From Acidobacteriota bacterium (GTDB taxonomy: Bacteria > Acidobacteriota > UBA6911 > RPQK01 > JAJDTT01): a DNA stretch of 64,000 nucleotides. Under the pieces are notes generated by a model. The model was not told the origin of the DNA, searched no databases, and saw only the letters and a program-made list of their open reading frames with translations. The stretch covers positions 2,656,001 through 2,720,000 of the forward strand of contig OZ242374.1 of the NCBI GenBank assembly GCA_965209055.1. Reading direction: 5' to 3'. Below are positions 57,821 through 64,000 of the stretch, piece after piece (the stretch's first letter is position 1; each line of letters opens with the position of its first letter). The position numbers were made by a program, and so were the translations under genes.

Positions 57821-59035
57821 TCACAAAAGCCGGGTGACATTTACTCTGCGTGCGACCGCCCTGACTGCGGACTCATCGAGTTCGACGCCCAGGCCCGGTC
57901 CCGCGGGCACGATGTACTCGGCGCCGTCGACCTGGAGGGGCCGGCGGAGATAGTGGTTGGCAACCGAGAAGACGGCCGGGTTGTACTCGGCGAGCCCGAC
58001 GTTGCTCGCCGCGGCAGCGAACTGCAGGGCCGCGGCAATCTGGGGTCCCATGGCGATGCTGATGTGGGGGACGATCCGGGCGCTGGCGCCGACGTCCCGG
58101 GCAAGGCCGGCCGCTTCGGTGATGCCGCAACGGCCGATGTCAGGCTGCAACCACTGGGCGCAGCCGGATGCCAGGAACGGCGCCAGTTCGTACCGCGTAC
58201 GATAGCACTCGCCCAATGCGATCGGGGTGCGGATTTCAGCCGCCAGATCGGCGTGGTCCTCCGGGAATTCCGGAGCCAGCGGGCACTCGAGCCACAGGGC
58301 TCCGCGATCGTCAAGCTTTCTGCAAAAGCCGCCCGCCGAGTCCCCGTCAAGCCGCCAGAGAGCGTCCACCGCGATGGACACCTCCGGCCCCAAGGCTGCG
58401 CGCAGGCGGTCGATGAGATCGAAGAGTTCTTCTTCCGTGCGGTCGTAGAACAGTTTGAAGATTCGAAATCCCGCGTCCCAGGCTTCCCGGGCCCGCTCGA
58501 CTCGATCCGCGTTCGTTGCGCCCGGGAGCCCCGAGAGGTAGCACGGAATCCTGCTCTTGGGGGCGGAAGACGACAGCAGGTCCGCGACCGAAGTCCCGCG
58601 AGCCTTGCCGGCCAGGTCCCACAGGGCGATGTCGACTCCCGCAATCGCATCGACCATGAAGCCGCCCGTCTGACCGCGAACGCGCATGGTCGAGTACATC
58701 CGATTTCGCAACGATCTCACCGTATCGGGAGAACCGTCGAAATCCTGGCCCTCGACGGCCGGGCGCAGCAATTGATCCATGATCAGGCACACTACATCCG
58801 GAGCGAGCGGGGCCTGGGCGTCTCCCCATCCGGCCAGGCCCGACTCCAGGGTCACCTTGACCAGGGCGGCTTCGAAATTCACCGAATAGAGCGTGCTGCT
58901 GGTTTCCGACCAGCGGTAGTCAAACCCGCTGGCAGCCAGCGCGGCCGGGCTGCCGGCGGTTCCTGTCACCTCCGCGGCGTCACGCGGCAGCCTGACCGAA
59001 AACGCCTCGATTGAAGCGATTCGATCTACCGGCAT
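57821..59035 (-). CDS. Mandelate racemase/enolase-superfamily enzyme
   Basis: AIAGVDIALWDLAGK, FKL, VDA, WLECP, LGE, QPD, GPGLGVE. Confidence 0.9.
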   Translation of the reverse strand: MPVDRIASIEAFSVRLPRDAAEVTGTAGSPAALAASGFDYRWSETSSTLYSVNFEAALVKVTLESGLAGWGDAQAPLAPDVVCLIMDQLLRPAVEGQDFDGSPDTVRSLRNRMYSTMRVRGQTGGFMVDAIAGVDIALWDLAGKARGTSVADLLSSSAPKSRIPCYLSGLPGATNADRVERAREAWDAGFRIFKLFYDRTEEELFDLIDRLRAALGPEVSIAVDALWRLDGDSAGGFCRKLDDRGALWLECPLAPEFPEDHADLAAEIRTPIALGECYRTRYELAPFLASGCAQWLQPDIGRCGITEAAGLARDVGASARIVPHISIAMGPQIAAALQFAAAASNVGLAEYNPAVFSVANHYLRRPLQVDGAEYIVPAGPGLGVELDESAVRAVARRVNVTRLL

Positions 59036-59982
59036 GGCTGACTGTTCGTCCCAACCAATTTTCGCAGAGCCTCAAGCTCGCTCAACCCGTGTTCATCGAG
59101 CGAGCGGGTTGGATGGCGAACCATGGCGTTCTCGACAACACCCGCATGCACGAGATTGTGCTTCATTGCCGAAATGCCCAGTCCGGGCTGCAGTTCATAC
59201 CGGATCAAGGGCAGCGCCCGCTGGAACGCTCTCCATGCCGATTCGAGCTCACCGTTCTCAAGCGCGCTCCAGATCGAGCAGAAGACCGAAATCAGGTCGC
59301 TGCCCGGCATGGTTCCCTGGGATCCCCGCTGCCACTCCTCGATCATGAACTGCCCGTTCAGTCCTCCCAACAACCTCAGCGTGTCACCGGCGGCTTCGAG
59401 CGTCATGGTGATCTTGGGGGCGGTCGGCGGAGCTTCGATCTTCGCGTAGTCCACATGCTCGATTTCGCGCGCCAGGCGTGCGAGCAGCGCCGGAGGCATA
59501 ACGACCTGCGTGAGCAGGGGCGCATCCTGCACCATGATCGGAATCCCCACCGCGTCGCTGATCTCCGAATAGAAGAACATCAGGCCGTCCGCATCCGGGC
59601 GCAAGTAGTACGGCGGCAAGACCATCAAGCCGGCCGCACCGAGCCCCTCCGCTTCTTTGCAGGTTTCCACGGCGGCTTCCGTGCCGGTGGCTCCGACGCC
59701 GGCGATAACCGGGGCCCTGCCGTCCAAATGACGCACCAACGCATCGAGCACCAGCCGCTTCTCTGAAGGGAGGAGAGCGTAGCCCTCGCCGGCGTTGCCG
59801 AAGGCGCCGAAGCCGTCGCGGGCTCCGTGCGCCTGCAGATGGTCAACAAGCCGCAGCAGGCTGGCCACGTCGACCTTGCCGTCGCCCTTGAACGGCGTTA
59901 CGAGGATGGGGATGACCCCTTGGAAATCGTGCTGCACTTTAGACTTCTTCTTACCGGAAGCTGCCCGCCGCTCCTCTACCAC
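59026..59982 (-). CDS. Dihydrodipicolinate synthase-family protein (start uncertain)
   Basis: GVIPILVTPF, GNAGE, LMVLPPYY, IMVQD, YAKIE. Confidence 0.88.
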   Translation of the reverse strand: MVEERRAASGKKKSKVQHDFQGVIPILVTPFKGDGKVDVASLLRLVDHLQAHGARDGFGAFGNAGEGYALLPSEKRLVLDALVRHLDGRAPVIAGVGATGTEAAVETCKEAEGLGAAGLMVLPPYYLRPDADGLMFFYSEISDAVGIPIMVQDAPLLTQVVMPPALLARLAREIEHVDYAKIEAPPTAPKITMTLEAAGDTLRLLGGLNGQFMIEEWQRGSQGTMPGSDLISVFCSIWSALENGELESAWRAFQRALPLIRYELQPGLGISAMKHNLVHAGVVENAMVRHPTRSLDEHGLSELEALRKLVGTNSQPCR

Positions 59983-61163
59983 ATCGACTTCTTGTCCCCC
60001 CACGGGTGACGGAGAAGCTCCTCCTCAACGAGCTCGGTCCCCCATCCGGGACCGGTGGGAATCTTCATGTGGCCGTTGACGACTTCGGGCGCATGGGTCG
60101 TCACATCGTCCCTCCACGGCACGTCGTCGATGTCGGCCTCCATGATGCGGACGTTGGGGAGAACCCCGCAGAGGCTGGCGCTCATGAAAGTGGCCAGATG
60201 GCTGTAGTAGTTGTGAGGAGCGACGTTCAGTTGGTAGGTCTCCGCCAGGTCTCCGATCTTCTTGGCCTGGGAGAATCCGTTCCAGGGCACGTCCACCATG
60301 AATACGTCGGCCGCCCGCAACTCGAAGTAGGGAATGAACTCCCGCATGTAGATCAGGTTCTCCCCGGTGCAGATGGGCGTCGAGGTCGATTCCCTGATGT
60401 CCCGAATGGATTGGGGATCGTACATGTCGATCTCCAGCCAGAGCAGGTCGTAGGGCTCCAGGGCGCGGGCGATCCGGCGGCAGGCTTCCGGTTTGAAGTT
60501 GAAATTGAGGTCCAGGTTGATGTCGATGTGGGGTCCGACGGCCTCTCGAAAAGTCGCGATGATGCTCACGATGTGATCCAGCAACTGTGGAGTGATGGCT
60601 TGGTCCGTAGTGCCGGGACCGCTCGCGAATCCGGGAAAGTAGGCGAACGGATCTTCTCCCGGGAAGATGATGTTCGTTTTCAATGCGGTGTAGCCCTTGG
60701 CCAACACCTCACGGCCCAGGGCGCCCACGTCCGACAGGTTCCGGAGAGGCTCGCACCGAACGTGGCGGTAGTGCGCGGTCCGGGTGGTTCCGCAATGCGA
60801 CCAGTAGAGGCGGACCTCCTCCCTCAAGGGTCCGCCGAAGAGCTCCACCACTGAAATGCCCAAGGCCCGCGCCTTGATGTCCAGGAGCGCCAGCTCGATT
60901 CCGGCGATCCCCTTGGCCGCGATGCCGCCCGGACTCTGGCGGCTGCCTCGGATCATGTCCCAGAACCGCATCTCGAAGGCCCGCGGATCCTGTCCCATGA
61001 GCACCGGCTTCAGGTCGTTGACGACACCCACCACGCCCCACGGATTCTTGCCGTCGCTGCACTCGCCGTAGCCGGTCACCCCCTCGTCGGTCTCGATCTT
61101 GACGAAGACCCAGGGTCTCCAACCGGCGTCCACGACGAAGGTCTTGATCTCGGTGATTTTCAT
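59976..61163 (-). CDS. Mandelate racemase family (galactonate dehydratase-like) enzyme
   Basis: WVFVKIETDEG, ALLDIKAR, LKTN, WLE, TGENL, APHN, PTGPGWG. Confidence 0.9.
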   Translation of the reverse strand: MKITEIKTFVVDAGWRPWVFVKIETDEGVTGYGECSDGKNPWGVVGVVNDLKPVLMGQDPRAFEMRFWDMIRGSRQSPGGIAAKGIAGIELALLDIKARALGISVVELFGGPLREEVRLYWSHCGTTRTAHYRHVRCEPLRNLSDVGALGREVLAKGYTALKTNIIFPGEDPFAYFPGFASGPGTTDQAITPQLLDHIVSIIATFREAVGPHIDINLDLNFNFKPEACRRIARALEPYDLLWLEIDMYDPQSIRDIRESTSTPICTGENLIYMREFIPYFELRAADVFMVDVPWNGFSQAKKIGDLAETYQLNVAPHNYYSHLATFMSASLCGVLPNVRIMEADIDDVPWRDDVTTHAPEVVNGHMKIPTGPGWGTELVEEELLRHPWGDKKSMW

Positions 61164-61304
61164 GGCGCTGCTGCCTCGTCTCTGAAAAGGTTCCGAGAGA
61201 GTATGCCTGAGAATGCTACCCGTGCAAGCCTTACCGAATGGCCCGGCGCGGAGCTGGCACCGTCATATCGACTGCCAACGCCGTGAGTATGAGACCATGG
61301 AGTC

Positions 61305-61559
61305 ATGAAAGCGGCTGTCGAACTTGATGACGCTACCTTCCGAGAAGCCAGTACCCTGGCCGCCGGTCGCGGGATGACGTTGGAGCAGTTTGTCGCTGAC
61401 GCAGTCCAAGAGCAGCTCCGTCGGTACGCCCGTGACGCCAATATTCGAGACAAAGAGTCACCTTGGATGGCCGGTTTCGGCGGGCTGGCCGACCTCAAGA
61501 ACGAAAATCGGTGTGTTCTACGTATGATCGAGGAGGAGTTCGAGGGGCCTGACTCGTAA
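61305..61559 (+). CDS. Small ribbon-helix-helix antitoxin-like protein (VapB-like)
   Basis: MKAAVELDDATFREA..A..GMTL..FV.DAV and a W..GFG.L..IEEEF tail. Followed by an MILDT stub. Confidence 0.65.
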   Translation: MKAAVELDDATFREASTLAAGRGMTLEQFVADAVQEQLRRYARDANIRDKESPWMAGFGGLADLKNENRCVLRMIEEEFEGPDS

Positions 61560-61660
61560 CGATTGCGTGATCCTCGATACGACTTCTTGATTGTCCCCGA
61601 CGCATTTTCAGAGTCGCACCGGGCGTGCTAATCTGGTTTTCACTCATCAGGGGAGATCAC

Positions 61661-62245
61661 ATGGACAAAGTACTCGTCATTGTTGGAGATGCGACGGAGA
61701 CGGTGGATACTCTGTATCCCTATTTCCGCCTCCAGGAGGCCGGCTTCCAGCCCGTCGTCGCGGGGCCCGAGAAGCGCCGCTACAACATGGTCCTGCATGA
61801 GATCGGGCCCAACTGGGACATCACCCGGGAATTCGAGGGCTACAAGATCGACGCGGACATCGCCTTTCGCGACGTGGTGCCGGAAGAGTACCTGGGCATC
61901 TTCTTTTCGGGCGGCCGCGCTCCCGAGTACATTCGTTACGACGAGGACCTGGTGGCCATGACGCGCCACTTCTTCGACGCCAACAAGCCTGTGGGTTGCG
62001 TCTGTCACGGCGTAGAGATTCCCGCCTACGCCGGCTGCGTCAAGGGGCGGAGGATGGCCACCGTTCCCAAGTGCAAGTTCGACCTGGAGGTGTGCGGCGG
62101 CATATTCGTCGACGCCGGTTGCGTGGTGGACGGCAACCTGGTGAGCGGGCGCACGTATCACGACCACGGCCAGTACATGGGGCACTGGATCCGGCTGCTG
62201 ATCGAGGCTCGTGAGGAACAGCTTGTCCAGGCCGCGGCCGGCTGA
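61661..62245 (+). CDS. DJ-1/PfpI family protein
   Basis: GGRAPEYIR, VCHG nucleophile elbow, VVDGNLVSGR. Confidence 0.92.
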   Translation: MDKVLVIVGDATETVDTLYPYFRLQEAGFQPVVAGPEKRRYNMVLHEIGPNWDITREFEGYKIDADIAFRDVVPEEYLGIFFSGGRAPEYIRYDEDLVAMTRHFFDANKPVGCVCHGVEIPAYAGCVKGRRMATVPKCKFDLEVCGGIFVDAGCVVDGNLVSGRTYHDHGQYMGHWIRLLIEAREEQLVQAAAG

Positions 62246-62246
62246 G

Positions 62247-64000
62247 TTGAGACCCCCCCGGAAATCTTTCGCAACTTTGGCGGCGGGCTTCTGCGGCTTG
62301 TTGCTGGGCGTCGCTTGCTCCCCGGTTTCCGATCCCCCGAAATCGCCGTCCTACCCTCTCGTTGTCGGCTTCGAAAGATTTCACCGGAACGGGGATGCCG
62401 AACGGCCCCACGGAGGGGAAGTCCTCCTGGGAGAGCTGGGTTGCACCCATTGCCACGTGGCCGATGAAGCAGTCGCCCAACGGGTCATTCCCCGGCAGGC
62501 TCCCATCCTGGACGGAGTTGGCGGCCGGGTCCGCCTGACTTACCTGAAGGATTTCCTGAGTCGACCCCAGGGCGCCAAACCGGGGACGCCCATGCCCCAT
62601 CCTCTGGCAGGTTGGGCGCCGGAGGATCGGGAAGCGGCGGCCGAAGCCCTGGCCCACTTTCTCGCCTCTTTGGAAAAGCCGGATCCGGCAGAGTCCGCTC
62701 CCGAAGCGAGTCCGCACGAGATCGAGCAAGGAGAGCGGCTTTACCACACGGTCGGGTGCGTCGCCTGCCACACTCCCTTCGTGCCGGCTGGAGCCATGCA
62801 TCAGGCCGGCGGTGGGGGGTTTTCACTGGAGCAAATCCAGATCCCGGCCCCTCAAGTCCCTTCGGTCCCCATCGCGGATCAGGTGTCAAGAACGACCCTT
62901 GAGCCGCTGGCCGGTTTTCTGTTGGATCCCCTGCGGACCCGGCCCGCCGGGAGAATGCCTCCGATGCGGCTCTCCGCTGCCGAGGCACGTGCCATCGCCG
63001 TCTATCTTCTGGCGCAGGGAGGAGTTCTCCCTGATCCCCAACGCACGTCCCCCGAGGCGGAAAAGATCGCAAGGGGCCGGGTCCTGTTCCGGGAACTGCG
63101 TTGCAACGCCTGCCATCGTCTCGAGGGAGAAAAGGCCGCCGCGGCCCCGCTCCCGCGGCTTGAGGAGCTGGACCCCGAAAAACCGGGCGGCTGCCTGGAT
63201 CCGTCCCCTCGCAAGGGAGTGCCCGACTACGAACTGGACCCGGTCCAGAGAGCCGCCCTGGCCGAGGCGCTGGCGGGATTGAAGGGAGAGATTGCCCGGC
63301 TGGAGCCGGAGGCCCAGGTCCGCCGCTACCTGGAGGTCTACAACTGTTTCGCCTGTCACCAGCGGGGCGAACTGGGCGGACCCGAAGCGGGCAGGGCGGC
63401 CTATTTCCTCCCGGTGGAGGAGCTGGACATGGGGAACGAGGGCCGGCTGCCTCCTCCCTTGACCGAAGTGGGCCGCAAGTTGACGCCCCCGTGGTTGAGG
63501 AAGGTCCTGGAGGGTTCGGGCATGGTGCGTCCCTACCTGATGGTCCGGATGCCGGACTACGGCCAGGCCGCCGAAACCCTGGCGGACGCCTTGATCCGGG
63601 CCGACCATGACCTGCAGTTGCCCGTTACGGATGTCTCCGGCACCTTGCACCACCACCGGAACCGCTATGGGCGCCGCCTCATGGGGGCCGACGGTCTCAA
63701 TTGCATCAACTGCCATGGCCTCCGCGGACACCCCTCGATGGGCATGCCAGCCCTGGATCTGGCCGACACCCTCGAACGCCTCCAACCCGACTGGTTCAAG
63801 CGGTATCTCCTGGACCCCGACTCCAGCCGTCCCGGGACCCTGATGCCCACCTTCTTCGAAGGAGGGAAGGGAACGCTGACGGACGTATTGGGTGGAGACG
63901 CGGACAAGCAGATCGAGGCGATTCTCACCTACCTGAAGGAACTGGACCAGACCCGCCTGCCGGTGGGCATGGAGCCGGAAAAGTTCTTCGACCTGGTCCC
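62247..64000 (+). CDS. Multiheme c-type cytochrome lipoprotein (PVC-type), truncated by the window end
   Basis: Not in the ORF track. Frame from TTG 62247 has lipobox GVAC and CxxCH motifs CTHCH, CVACH, CNACH, CFACH and CINCH. Confidence 0.85.
   Translation, partial: MRPPRKSFATLAAGFCGLLLGVACSPVSDPPKSPSYPLVVGFERFHRNGDAERPHGGEVLLGELGCTHCHVADEAVAQRVIPRQAPILDGVGGRVRLTYLKDFLSRPQGAKPGTPMPHPLAGWAPEDREAAAEALAHFLASLEKPDPAESAPEASPHEIEQGERLYHTVGCVACHTPFVPAGAMHQAGGGGFSLEQIQIPAPQVPSVPIADQVSRTTLEPLAGFLLDPLRTRPAGRMPPMRLSAAEARAIAVYLLAQGGVLPDPQRTSPEAEKIARGRVLFRELRCNACHRLEGEKAAAAPLPRLEELDPEKPGGCLDPSPRKGVPDYELDPVQRAALAEALAGLKGEIARLEPEAQVRRYLEVYNCFACHQRGELGGPEAGRAAYFLPVEELDMGNEGRLPPPLTEVGRKLTPPWLRKVLEGSGMVRPYLMVRMPDYGQAAETLADALIRADHDLQLPVTDVSGTLHHHRNRYGRRLMGADGLNCINCHGLRGHPSMGMPALDLADTLERLQPDWFKRYLLDPDSSRPGTLMPTFFEGGKGTLTDVLGGDADKQIEAILTYLKELDQTRLPVGMEPEKFFDLV

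Noticed and set aside
1585-63928. Numerous long antisense or alternative-frame ORFs in the track
   Set aside because: These are expected shadows in high-GC coding DNA. They overlap well-supported genes and lack motifs.

Overview
GC-rich bacterial chromosome segment. The gene content (PVC-type DUF1501/DUF1549/DUF1553 and CxxCH proteins, many amidohydrolases and enolase-superfamily enzymes) suggests an Acidobacteriota-like or PVC-like heterotroph, which is an inference only. The window opens with housekeeping genes (relA/spoT 3' part, rpmB, 3-hydroxybutyryl-CoA dehydrogenase, recA, tRNA-Gln) and a metal-homeostasis trio (Fur-family regulator, MerC-like protein, ZIP-like/ArsP permease), followed by long catabolic clusters. 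The most striking region is 18.4-24.1 kb. There a REP-associated tyrosine transposase (RAYT) bracketed by inverted GGGACAG repeat arrays has been interrupted at its 3' end by a ~4.05 kb element bounded by 8-bp CCCTGCGG direct repeats. That element encodes only a P4-like tyrosine integrase plus three copies of a ~310-bp non-coding unit containing a covarying, multi-hairpin structure. One copy contains an 11-nt exact match to the reconstructed insertion site. Other notable items are an NrtR-controlled ARPP-1/vWA module with a visible operator, an intact IS5 splitting an AbrB antitoxin, a second orphan antitoxin, a dispersed REP family overlapping stop codons, and a 15-bp periodic multi-start leader on recA.
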